The notes beneath the pieces are model-generated. The model was not told where the DNA came from. It searched no databases and was given only the letters and a program-made list of their open reading frames with translations. From assembly GCA_035536235.1 (NCBI GenBank), contig DATLOQ010000123.1, forward strand, positions 4,132-68,131: a stretch of 64,000 bases of DNA. The letters are read 5' to 3'. Position 1 is the first letter of the stretch. Each line of letters starts with the position of its first letter. Made by a program: the position numbers and the translations under genes. Shown in pieces: positions 10,618-19,547 of the stretch. The stretch is from Mycobacteriales bacterium. GTDB lineage: Bacteria > Actinomycetota > Actinomycetes > BP-191.

Positions 10618-11070
10618 TTAGCCGAGGTGCGCGAGCCGGGCAGCAACGGCGCTGCGGCGAATCTCGAGCAGATCGTCAGTCGCTGCGTCCGGGGACGGTG
10701 CGGGCGCTGCCGGCGGCTGTCCGACAGGGGTGTCCGCGGGCAGCGGCGCAGCGTCGGCGAAGTCGATCTCGGCCGGGCCGTGGCTGCGCCACGCATCGCT
10801 GCCTCGGTCCGTCGCGGCCTGCGCCTCTGCCTGAGCCCGGGCCATCACGTCGAGAACGGCTGGCAGGGCAGAAGCGGCGTACTGCTTGGTGTTGTGCACC
10901 GACTCCCGTTGCCAGAAGCGCAGCGCCCGGGCGGTCATCTCGTCGAGCCCGGCAGCGGCGAGCACCGCGTCGAACGTGGTCGTCGCCGGGTCGTCGAACC
11001 CGGCCATGACCTCCCAGGCGAGCCCCGCACGGTCCACGGTCATGCGAAGTGTCCATTCGTCAGCCAGCAT
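10618..11070 (-). CDS. Hypothetical protein
   Basis: ORF 10618..11175. The likely start is the internal Met MLADEWTLRM. Ala/Pro-rich acidic C-terminus. No family recognised. Confidence 0.4.
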   Translation of the reverse strand: MLADEWTLRMTVDRAGLAWEVMAGFDDPATTTFDAVLAAAGLDEMTARALRFWQRESVHNTKQYAASALPAVLDVMARAQAEAQAATDRGSDAWRSHGPAEIDFADAAPLPADTPVGQPPAAPAPSPDAATDDLLEIRRSAVAARLAHLG

Positions 11071-11377
11071 CCGACGATGCAGGCTAGCGCCGGGGGCGAC
11101 CCGAACCGGGGATCTCTCCACGACAAAACTGGGTGTTGCCAGAGTGACTGATGTGCGCCACGATGCTGCGAGCAACGGACAAAGCGGGCAAAGGTGGGGG
11201 GCGCACGGCCCTGCACTCAGCGTGCGGGATTCCGCGGCGTGGCACGTGACAACTACAGACTGAGTGGTCGGGACCGGCAGTGTCGGCTAGCTCTTCTTCG
11301 CATCACGAGCGGAGCGGATTATGCGTGAGCCCTTAGCGGTGCTCGCGACATAAATCTGCGAAGGGGGCGATAGCCCA

Positions 11378-11455
11378 ATGAAGAAGATCGCTGCTGTGTT
11401 CGGTGGACTGACTGCACTATTCATGTCCGCAGGCGCTGGCTGGAACTGGGGTTAG
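11378..11455 (+). CDS. Candidate 25-aa hydrophobic micro-ORF (MKKIAAVFGGLTALFMSAGAGWNWG)
   Basis: ATG preceded by AAGGGGG about 10 nt upstream. The local GC is low, and codon GC3 is atypically low for this genome. It sits in the 338-bp leader of the HD-GYP operon. Confidence 0.25.
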   Translation: MKKIAAVFGGLTALFMSAGAGWNWG

Positions 11456-11512
11456 TCGTCTCTGCCGGTCCCCGCCACTCTGTCTGTAGCCCCCGGCGAA
11501 AGTGACTTCGGC

Positions 11513-12850
11513 ATGCGGGAGCTTCCCCCTCGCGCTCGCGCCTACTTCTGGGCGGTCTGCGCGCTCGCGGGCGCAGTGCTCGTCGGCTCCGGCTTCGCTC
11601 TTCGCGACGCCACGGCGGCGGACCTCGCTCAGGTCGCGATCCTGCTGCTCCTCCTCGGTGCGGTGAACAGCTTCTCCACCCGCACCTCGGCCGACATCAC
11701 CGTGTCGATCGGCTTCATCGTCTGCTTGGCGTCGGTGGTGCTTCTCGGGCCCTCCGGTGCCGCGATCGTGGCCGCTGCCGGCGGCACGACTGGCCCCCTG
11801 CTCTACAAGCGGGTGTTCAACTCAGCGCAGTACGTCCTCGCGTCGTGGATGTCAGCGATCGGGTGGGCGCTCGTGCTCGGCGCGGCGCGCCTGGGCAACC
11901 AGCCCGAGTGGCGGGTCCTCGTCGCTGCGTCCTTCGCGACAGTGGTCTTCTGCTTGGTCAACTCACTTCTCGTGGCCTGCATCATCTCGCTGACGACCTC
12001 CATCTCCGTCGCGCGGGTGTGGTCGGGCACGCTGTCCTGGGGCACCTTCACTTATCTCGGTTATGGCCTGCTCGGCGTCCTCATGGCGCAGCTGTATCGC
12101 AACGTAGGGCCCGCGACATCGATCTTGTTCCTGGCGCCGTTGCTCGTGGCGCGGAGGGCGTTCGCCAACTACGCCGAGCTGCGCAATGCCTACGACGGCA
12201 CGGTGTCTGCACTCGTTCAGGCCGTCGAGACCAAGGACTACTACACGCGCGGCCACTCCGAGCGGGTCGCCCGGGTCACCGAGATGGTGGCCCGCGAGTG
12301 GGGCATGCGGGAGGACCGGGTCCAAGTCATCAAGATCGCCGGAATGCTGCACGACGTCGGCAAGCTGGGGGTGCCGACCCGGGTGCTTCAGAAGCAGGGC
12401 AAGCTCAGCCAACTCGAGTTCGAGGCGATCAAGATTCATCCGCTGCGGGGCTTCGAGATGCTGAGCGAGATCGACTTCCTGAGCGAGGCGATCAGCGGCG
12501 TCTACCACCACCACGAGCGGATGGATGGCCGTGGCTATCCGCTGGGGCTGGTCGGTGAGGAGATTCCGGAGTTCGCTCGCATCATCATGGTGGCCGACGC
12601 CTTCGACTCGATGACGTCCACCCGGGCCTACCGCCAGGCGAAGTCTGTGGCGGACGCCGTCATCGAGCTGCGCCGCTGCCAGGGCGACCAGTTCGACGAG
12701 AACGTCGTCGACTGCCTGGTCGCTGGTATCGACAAGCACGGGTGGTCACCGCACCCCGAGGACTTCTTCGGGGAGCAGGTCGACCGCGACGGCCGGCCGA
12801 TGGTCCAGGCCGCCGCGGCCGGGGCGGAGGGCGTCCGTGAAGAGGACTGA
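11513..12850 (+). CDS. 7TM membrane receptor fused to HD-GYP phosphodiesterase domain (c-di-GMP PDE family)
   Basis: About 7 predicted TM helices in the first 215 aa. HD motif MLHDVGK and a complete HHERMDGRGYP (HD-GYP) signature. Confidence 0.8.
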   Translation: MRELPPRARAYFWAVCALAGAVLVGSGFALRDATAADLAQVAILLLLLGAVNSFSTRTSADITVSIGFIVCLASVVLLGPSGAAIVAAAGGTTGPLLYKRVFNSAQYVLASWMSAIGWALVLGAARLGNQPEWRVLVAASFATVVFCLVNSLLVACIISLTTSISVARVWSGTLSWGTFTYLGYGLLGVLMAQLYRNVGPATSILFLAPLLVARRAFANYAELRNAYDGTVSALVQAVETKDYYTRGHSERVARVTEMVAREWGMREDRVQVIKIAGMLHDVGKLGVPTRVLQKQGKLSQLEFEAIKIHPLRGFEMLSEIDFLSEAISGVYHHHERMDGRGYPLGLVGEEIPEFARIIMVADAFDSMTSTRAYRQAKSVADAVIELRRCQGDQFDENVVDCLVAGIDKHGWSPHPEDFFGEQVDRDGRPMVQAAAAGAEGVREED

Positions 12851-14126
12851 GCCCGTCGTCGTACGGCGACTGCTGCTCGTCCTGGCCGTCGGGGTCGCCG
12901 CCGCTGCCGCTGCCGCCTCGATCATCGGCGCGCGCGAGATGAGCTCCCCGGCCGACTACCAAGCGGCGATCGCCTTCTGTTGTCTCGTCGCCGTAGGGGA
13001 GCTGCTGCGGGTCAACCTCCCGGGCGACCGTGACGCGGCCCCGATCGGCGGAGCCGCGGTCATCGGCTACGCGCTGCTCGTGCGAGTAGACGGCGAGGTC
13101 GCGCGGCATGCTGCCGCCGACGTCATCACGGTGGCAGCGGCCGGCTGCTTTCTCACCGCAATAGTCCACCTGCTGGCCCAGCGTGATCCTCGTCCGGTTG
13201 ACATTGCTGCGCGGATTCTTGGCGCCGCCACCACCGCCTGGCTCTTCCGCCCGTGGCTCGCCGACCATCCGGCGGAGGCGCTGGGTCGGCCGTCGACGTC
13301 GCTTGTGGTCGCCATGGCCATCGCCACTCTCGCCGGTGGGGCGGTCGGCACGACTGTGGCCGCGTGCGAACGCGCCGCGCGCTTGCGAGCGCCCTTCATC
13401 GCGACGCTGCGCAACGAGGTGCAGGCGCAGCTGGGCCTCGGCGCCGCCATGGCGTCGACCGGAATCCTGCTGGCGCTTTCGGTGCCCAAGCTGGGCTTGT
13501 GGGCGCTGCTCGTATTCATGGGCCCGCTGCTCGTGACGCAGTTCTCATTCCGGCGCTATGCGTCGATCTCGGCGACGTACCGGCAGACGATCCGTGCCTT
13601 GTCCCGCGTGACGGAGGTGAGCGGGCACGTCGAGACAGGTCACAGCCGTCGGGTGATGAACCTCTCGGTGGCCATGGGGCGCGAGTTCGGCATGACGGAG
13701 TCGGAGCTGCTCGACCTCGAGTACGCCGCGCTGATGCACGACATCGGCCAGCTCTCGCTCACCGACCCCATCCCCCGTGGGTCGACTCTCACCGTCGCAC
13801 CGTCAGAGCGTCGCCGCATCGCCGAGCTCGGCGCGGCCGTCATCCGCTCTACGGGCACCATGGACCGGGTCGCGCACATCGTCGGCTGTCAGGCCAACGC
13901 CTATCGCAAGATGCGCGAGACCGTCGACGTCGAGGTGCCGTTGCCGTCTCGCATCGTGAAGACCGCGTCGGCGTACGACGACCTCATCACCGCAAGCCGC
14001 GTTGTCCGCGGAAAGCGCGCGTCGTGGGACGCCCTGGAGCGGCTGCGTCTGGGGATGGCCTACGAGTACGACCCGCGGGTGATCGAAGCCCTGACCAAAG
14101 TCCTGCGGCGCAGCGGCGACCTCTGA
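12837..14126 (+). CDS. 7TM membrane protein with degenerate HD(-GYP)-like domain (paralog of the upstream gene)
   Basis: Same architecture. The HD motif LMHDIGQ is present, but no GYP motif and no HHE.D metal-site equivalents were recognised. It overlaps the upstream gene by 14 nt. Confidence 0.75.
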   Translation: MKRTEPVVVRRLLLVLAVGVAAAAAAASIIGAREMSSPADYQAAIAFCCLVAVGELLRVNLPGDRDAAPIGGAAVIGYALLVRVDGEVARHAAADVITVAAAGCFLTAIVHLLAQRDPRPVDIAARILGAATTAWLFRPWLADHPAEALGRPSTSLVVAMAIATLAGGAVGTTVAACERAARLRAPFIATLRNEVQAQLGLGAAMASTGILLALSVPKLGLWALLVFMGPLLVTQFSFRRYASISATYRQTIRALSRVTEVSGHVETGHSRRVMNLSVAMGREFGMTESELLDLEYAALMHDIGQLSLTDPIPRGSTLTVAPSERRRIAELGAAVIRSTGTMDRVAHIVGCQANAYRKMRETVDVEVPLPSRIVKTASAYDDLITASRVVRGKRASWDALERLRLGMAYEYDPRVIEALTKVLRRSGDL

Positions 14127-14179
14127 GCCCCCGGGCACAGCGTCGCCCGTTCGTCGTTGCGGGGAGTCGTACGCCCCGG

Positions 14180-14965
14180 CTAGCCGCGAGGATCAGGGCG
14201 AGACGCCCCCCGGAACCAGGGGGCAGCGGGCTGCACGGGAGCCTGAGCACGGGTGGGGGCGTGGGCGGGCGGTGGAGCGGTGGGGACGTGGGCGTGCGCG
14301 TGCGGTGGAGCGGCTGTGGCGGGGCCGGGGGAGGCGGTGATCTGGCGGGAGCGTCGGCCAACGCCGGGCCGGATCATGGCGTTGGTGACGAGCACACCGA
14401 TGCCGGCTGCTAGGACGACGTCGCCGACCGAGACGATGTTGGAACCGCGACGCACCGGAAGAGGAGCCGGGATCACGTCGGTGAGCGGACGCAGCGCCGT
14501 GCGCCGAGTAGCGATCTCGTGCTTGGCATCCTCGCCCCGGGTGAGCGGGCTCAGGTCGACCCCGACCCTTGCGGCCGCCCACTGGGACACCGGCATCGCG
14601 CCGTTGGCCGAGACGGCGATGGCGTTGAGCAGGAATCCTGCGGCGATGAGCGGCATCCCGCGCAGGTGCCGATTGCGGAGCACGAAGGCAGTGATCAGCA
14701 AGGCTGAGAGCACGAGCCCGGTGACATAGAGCACCCGGGGGGAGGGCAGGTCGAGTGCCCCGGCGAACGCGCCGAGCGCCTGCACGCCGAGCGCCAGAAA
14801 GATGAGCGGCCACCCCGGCAGCTCCAGCACCGAGAGCCGGGTCAGGGAGCCACCGCGCGCATAGCCGATGGCGACGGCGGCGAGCACGACCAGAAGCACG
14901 ATGGGAATCTCGACCACCTCCTCCGTCCGGCGCCGTGGCTGTCGAGGGGCCTCGATAGGGTGCAC
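14180..14965 (-). CDS. Integral membrane hypothetical protein with His/Pro/Ala-rich C-terminal tail
   Basis: 5-6 hydrophobic helices. C-terminal PPHAHAHVPTAPPPAHAPT. Start uncertain; it was trimmed relative to ORF 14180..15076 because of the divergent accC-like start at 15012. Confidence 0.5.
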   Translation of the reverse strand: MHPIEAPRQPRRRTEEVVEIPIVLLVVLAAVAIGYARGGSLTRLSVLELPGWPLIFLALGVQALGAFAGALDLPSPRVLYVTGLVLSALLITAFVLRNRHLRGMPLIAAGFLLNAIAVSANGAMPVSQWAAARVGVDLSPLTRGEDAKHEIATRRTALRPLTDVIPAPLPVRRGSNIVSVGDVVLAAGIGVLVTNAMIRPGVGRRSRQITASPGPATAAPPHAHAHVPTAPPPAHAPTRAQAPVQPAAPWFRGASRPDPRG

Positions 14966-15011
14966 CGGCGTCCGCTGCAGCCACGGTAGCTCCCGGGCGG
15001 CGTAGGAGGGT

Positions 15012-16358
15012 GTGACGTTGTTCGAGACGATTTTGGTGGCCAATCGCGGCGAGATCGCCCGCCGGGTGATCCGCACCGCTCAGCAGCTGGGCGTGAAAGC
15101 GGTCGCGGTCTACTCCGAAGCCGACGCCAAGTCGCTGCATGTGCGCGACGCCGACGATGCAGTGCTCCTGGGACCGGCCCCGCCCGCGGAGTCCTACCTC
15201 GACGCCGCCAAGGTGATCGAGGCGGCTCGCCAGAGCGGGGCGCAGGCGATCCACCCGGGGTACGGCTTCCTCTCTGAGAATGCGAGCTTCGCTGCCGCTG
15301 TCGCGGCGGCCGGCCTCGTCTGGATCGGCCCGTCGCCGGAGTGCATCTCGGTGATGGGCGACAAGATCAACGCCCGCAATCTCATGGAAGCAGCCGGGGT
15401 CCCGGTGGCGTCCGGCACGCCCACCCCGCTCTCCGACGTCGAGGAGGCCGTCGCCGAAGGCGCGCGCATCGGCTACCCGCTCATGGTGAAGGCCACAGCG
15501 GGCGGCGGCGGCATCGGGATGAGCGTGGCGTACGACGAGGCCTCGCTGCGCACGTCCTTCGAGACCGCGCGGACTCGCGCAGAGCGGTTCTTCGGCAACC
15601 CCGCGATTCTGCTCGAGCGCTACCTCCCTCGCGCGCGGCACGTTGAGGTGCAGATCCTCGGCTTGGCCGACGGTCGGGTGGTCGCGCTGGGTGAGCGCGA
15701 CTGCTCGGTGCAGCGTCGCCACCAGAAGGTCCTCGAGGAGACACCGTCCCCCGGTGTGGACGGGCCGCTGCGGGCGCGGATGCTTGCTGCGGCGGTCCGG
15801 GCCGGCGAAGCCGTGGGATACCGCAATGCGGGCACGGTCGAGTGCCTCGTTGCCGACGGTGACTTCGTCTTCCTCGAGATGAACACCCGGCTTCAGGTCG
15901 AGCATCCGATCACCGAGCTGGTCACCGGGCTCGACTTGGTGGCGGAGCAGCTACGGGTCGCCGCTGACCTGCCACCGGGCTTCGACCCCGACGCGATCAC
16001 GACAAGCGGGCATGCCATCGAGATGCGCGTCTACGCCGAGGACCCCCTGCGCTTCCTACCCGGACCGGGGGAGATCAACGTGTGGCGCGAGCCGAGCGGC
16101 AACGGCATCCGCGTGGACTCCGGTTACGGCGAGGGGGACACGGTCACGCCGTACTACGACCCCCTGATGGCCAAGCTCTGTGTCCACGCGGACGGTCGTG
16201 CCGCCGCGCTGGACAAGGCCCGTGCGGCGGTGGAGGGATTCGAGATCGTCGGCCCGAAGAACAACCTGCCCTTCTTCCTCGAGCTGCTCGCCAACGAGGA
16301 GTTCGCGAGCGGCGACTACGACACCCGTCTCGTCGAGCGGATGCGGGCAAAGCAGTGA
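15012..16358 (+). CDS. Biotin carboxylase (ATP-grasp), stand-alone subunit
   Basis: ILVANRGEIA. Complete ATP-grasp and biotin carboxylase N-terminal, central and C-terminal domains. No fused BCCP. GTG start at 15012 with an AGGAGGG Shine-Dalgarno. Confidence 0.9.
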   Translation: MTLFETILVANRGEIARRVIRTAQQLGVKAVAVYSEADAKSLHVRDADDAVLLGPAPPAESYLDAAKVIEAARQSGAQAIHPGYGFLSENASFAAAVAAAGLVWIGPSPECISVMGDKINARNLMEAAGVPVASGTPTPLSDVEEAVAEGARIGYPLMVKATAGGGGIGMSVAYDEASLRTSFETARTRAERFFGNPAILLERYLPRARHVEVQILGLADGRVVALGERDCSVQRRHQKVLEETPSPGVDGPLRARMLAAAVRAGEAVGYRNAGTVECLVADGDFVFLEMNTRLQVEHPITELVTGLDLVAEQLRVAADLPPGFDPDAITTSGHAIEMRVYAEDPLRFLPGPGEINVWREPSGNGIRVDSGYGEGDTVTPYYDPLMAKLCVHADGRAAALDKARAAVEGFEIVGPKNNLPFFLELLANEEFASGDYDTRLVERMRAKQ

Positions 16359-17137
16359 GCGAGTCAGCGTCGAGTGATCTCGCCGTCCGCCGGGACGGCG
16401 CGGTGCTGCGGCTGCACATCGACCGGGAGGCCAAGCGCAACGCGCTGAGCGGGGAGGTGTTGCGGGGCATGCTCGACGCGCTCGCTGCGGTCGGCGATGC
16501 GCGAGTCGTCGTCGTCACCAGCGCGGGAGACCGGGTCTTCTGCTCTGGGGCCGACCTCGTGCAGATGGCCCCCGACGCGACGGGGCTCGAGGTGCACGAG
16601 AGCCGCGGCCTGCTCCGCGAGGTGATCCTGGCCATCGGCCACTGCCCAGTGCCAGTGGTCGCCCAGGTGCAGGGCCTGTGCCTCGCCGGGGGAGTCGGCC
16701 TGATCCTGGCGTGTGACCTGGTCGTTGCGGCTGAGAACGCAGCCTTCGGTCTCCCGGAGGTCGATCTCGGCCTCTGGCCCTTCATGGTGTCCGCGCTGTT
16801 GGGCCGCCACGTCAGTCCGAAGAGGGCGATGGAGATGATGCTCTCGGCTCGCCGGGTCCCGGCGTCGGAAGCGCTCGACATGGGCTTGGTCTCTCGCGTG
16901 GTCCCGACCTCGTCGCTGCGCGACGAGGCCACCGCGCTCGCTGCCGAGCTCGCCGCCAAGCCTCCTGTCGCTGTCCGGCTGGGCAAGGCGGCGTTTCGGG
17001 CCGCACTCGAGTCCTCGCTGCCGGCCGCGCTGGACGCGATGCAGGCACAGCTGTCGTTGCTGGCGACGACGCAGGATGCTGCCGAGGGGGTCGGCGCCTT
17101 CCTCGCCAAGCGCCCGCCGGAGTGGACCGGCCGCTGA
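16355..17137 (+). CDS. Enoyl-CoA hydratase/isomerase (crotonase-fold) family protein
   Basis: Crotonase signature (VVVVTSAGDRVFCSGADL ... CLAGGVGLILACD ... GLPEVDLGLWP). GTG start overlaps the biotin carboxylase stop (GTGA). Confidence 0.8.
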   Translation: MSESASSDLAVRRDGAVLRLHIDREAKRNALSGEVLRGMLDALAAVGDARVVVVTSAGDRVFCSGADLVQMAPDATGLEVHESRGLLREVILAIGHCPVPVVAQVQGLCLAGGVGLILACDLVVAAENAAFGLPEVDLGLWPFMVSALLGRHVSPKRAMEMMLSARRVPASEALDMGLVSRVVPTSSLRDEATALAAELAAKPPVAVRLGKAAFRAALESSLPAALDAMQAQLSLLATTQDAAEGVGAFLAKRPPEWTGR

Positions 17138-17179
17138 GGCGTGGCAGGATGCCGCCACGCAGTCGACTGAGGGAGCAGC

Positions 17180-17396
17180 CGTGGCCGAGCAGGTCGTCGC
17201 CGAGATGGTGGCCAACGTCTGGAAGATCGTCGTCGCTCAGGGGGACGACGTCGCCGAGGGCGACACGCTCCTGATCTTGGAGTCGATGAAGATGGAGATC
17301 CCGGTCATCACCGAGACTGGCGGGCGGGTCGCCGAGCTGAAGGTTGCCGAGGGCGACGTGGTCCAGGAGGGCGACGTCCTGGCGGTGATCGAGTAG
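17180..17396 (+). CDS. Biotin carboxyl carrier protein, minimal biotinyl domain (~70 aa)
   Basis: Biotinylation motif ILESMKMEIPV and the hammerhead fold pattern (GDVVQEGDVLAVIE). Exact start (GTG 17180 or ATG 17204) uncertain. Confidence 0.75.
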
Positions 17397-17555
17397 GCAA
17401 GGACCCTTCTGGCCTGAGCCGGACCGGCCGAATCTGGGCTGACAGGGGTCAAGGATTCCGCACCGCAGGCCGAGACTTCAGACGAGGGCGCTGTCTCGGT
17501 GCCCTCGGCGTGCGACACCGATGTCGTGGGCCGGCATGGGTGATCAGGAGTTCAT

Positions 17556-18635
17556 GTGGCCAGCACCATCGAGCCCTTCCTCAAGGCTCTTGTCGAGTCC
17601 GGTGGCTCCGACCTGCACTGCAAGGTGGGTTCCCCGCCGCGCGTGCGCATCGACGGCCGGCTGCGCAAGCTGCAGACCCGCGACCTCACCGGCGCGGACA
17701 CCGAGGCGATGGTGGGCGAGGTGCTCCGCGGTGACCTCGTGGAGAGCTTCCGCCGTACCAACGAGGCTGACTTCGCCTACTCCGTGCGCGGGGTGGGTCG
17801 TTTCCGGGTCAACGCGTTTCGCTCCCGGGGGTCGGCCGGCCTGGTCTTCCGCAAGGTCTCGGTCGGCGCGATCCCGCTTCGGGATCTCGGCTTGCCCCCG
17901 GTGCTCGAGTCACTCTCTCTGGAGCCCCGCGGCCTCGTGTTGGTGACCGGTCCGACGGGCGCCGGGAAGACCACCACCCTCGCCGGCATGATCGACCACA
18001 TCAACGAGCACCGCGAGGTGCACGTCGTCACGATCGAGGACCCGATCGAGGTCCTGCACTTCGACAAGATGGCGATGATCAACCAGCGTGAGGTCCGCGT
18101 CGACACTGAGGACTTCCAGGTCGCGCTGCGTGCCGCGATGCGGCAGGACCCCGATGTGATCCTGGTGGGCGAGATGCGCGACATGGAGACGGTGAAGGCC
18201 GCGCTTGCCGCGGCCGAGACCGGCCACTTCGTGATGTCGACACTGCACACCACCGACGCGGCGGAGACCATCAACCGGGTCATCGACTTCTTCCCCCCGC
18301 ACGAGCAGAAGCAGGTGCGGCTGGCCCTCGCGGGATCTCTCCGCGGCATCATCTGCCAGCGTCTGGTGCCCCGCGCCGACGGGGAGGGCCGCTGCGTCGC
18401 GATGGAGGTGGCCATCAACACGGGCCGCATCGCGGACGCCATCGCCGACCCGGACAAGACCTCCACGATTCCGGGACTCGTGGCTGAAGGCACCTTCTAC
18501 GGGATGCAGTCGTTCGACCAGCACCTCGTCGCGCTCATCCGCGACGGGGTGGTGTCCCTCGACGACGCGATGGCTGCCTCCACCAGCCCGCACGATCTCA
18601 CCGTCGAGCTGCGCCGGCTCGGCCTCGTCGCCTGA
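17556..18635 (+). CDS. pilT: PilT-family type IV pilus retraction ATPase homolog
   Basis: Walker A GPTGAGKTT, Asp box, Walker B DVILVGEMRD, His box TLHT, and a PilT-specific C-terminal region. 359 aa. Confidence 0.8.
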   Translation: MASTIEPFLKALVESGGSDLHCKVGSPPRVRIDGRLRKLQTRDLTGADTEAMVGEVLRGDLVESFRRTNEADFAYSVRGVGRFRVNAFRSRGSAGLVFRKVSVGAIPLRDLGLPPVLESLSLEPRGLVLVTGPTGAGKTTTLAGMIDHINEHREVHVVTIEDPIEVLHFDKMAMINQREVRVDTEDFQVALRAAMRQDPDVILVGEMRDMETVKAALAAAETGHFVMSTLHTTDAAETINRVIDFFPPHEQKQVRLALAGSLRGIICQRLVPRADGEGRCVAMEVAINTGRIADAIADPDKTSTIPGLVAEGTFYGMQSFDQHLVALIRDGVVSLDDAMAASTSPHDLTVELRRLGLVA

Positions 18636-18690
18636 CGGCAAGTCGGGGCCGTACAGATCGGCGCCGTGCAGTTCGGGGCCGTACGGATCG

Positions 18691-19371
18691 CTAGCCGCCG
18701 GTCGTCCCGTGCTCGGAGCACTGCGCGGACCACCCTGTGGGGGTCACCTGCACCGTCATCCGTCGGCCGCACTGCGCGCAGAACCGGGGTGGCTCCAGCT
18801 CACGCGCACGGGTGCACGCCACGTGGTCACCGGTCGCCGATGCTGTGCCGCACCGGTCGCAGAAGCCACCGATCGGAGCAGCCACCAGATCCAGTGCGTA
18901 GGTGATCAGGTCCACGCCGGGTCGTACGGTCCAGTCGTCGGCTGGGGTGCGGACGAAGCCGAGGCGTTCGTAGAGTCGATGCGCGTCGCGCATCATCGCC
19001 TGGGTCGACAGGCGGAGTCGGTGGAGGCCGAGTGCTCGCGCCCGGTCGATGCACGCGGTGACCAGCGCCTCGCCCGCCCCTCGGCGTCGGGCCGCTGGGG
19101 CGACCGCGAGCATGCGGAAGACGGCTTCGCCCGGGGCAGCCTGCTCGGCGTAGTCGCTGCCGAAGTTGGCGAAAGCGACCGACCCGAGCAGCGTGCCCTT
19201 GTCATCGACGGCAACAAGGACCTCAGCCGTGGAAGCCCGCCGAGCCACGTCCCGCAGCTCGATCTCGTACTCGCCGAGGGTGCTGCCACGCAGATCGCGG
19301 TATACCTCCGCGGTCAGCTCGGCGATGCCGTCGTACTCCTCGGGAACGGCCGCCCGGACTCGCACGCTCAT
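18691..19371 (-). CDS. GNAT N-acetyltransferase with C-terminal Cys4 zinc-ribbon
   Basis: GNAT motif A ([10 protein letters not shown]) and a C-terminal CDRC...CAQC ribbon. The start was set at MSVRVR (19371), not the ORF start 19542. Confidence 0.7.
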   Translation of the reverse strand: MSVRVRAAVPEEYDGIAELTAEVYRDLRGSTLGEYEIELRDVARRASTAEVLVAVDDKGTLLGSVAFANFGSDYAEQAAPGEAVFRMLAVAPAARRRGAGEALVTACIDRARALGLHRLRLSTQAMMRDAHRLYERLGFVRTPADDWTVRPGVDLITYALDLVAAPIGGFCDRCGTASATGDHVACTRARELEPPRFCAQCGRRMTVQVTPTGWSAQCSEHGTTGG

Positions 19372-19547
19372 GTGCGCCGAGCCGGTTGAGGGCACCGGCG
19401 AGTGGGCAGGGCGTAGGTCATGTTCTTCTTCTTCTCCAACCGTCTCGGCTGCGCCGGCTCGATTGCGGTCTCTGTGGTGGCCAGCCTGGTGCTGTTCGCG
19501 TTGCTGAGGTCGTGTTCCTAGCCTGCGGCGGACAGCAACCACAGCGC

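Noticed and set aside
11176-11300. c-di-GMP-I (GEMM) riboswitch upstream of the HD-GYP operon
   Set aside because: GGACAAAGCGGGCAAAGG loosely recalls the GEMM conserved segments. But the order and spacing do not match the consensus, and no P1/P2 pairing could be drawn by eye. It would need a covariance-model search.
14193-15905. 570-aa minus-strand ORF
   Set aside because: Antisense to the biotin carboxylase gene, which has unambiguous domain signatures. It is an Arg/Pro-rich artefactual translation.
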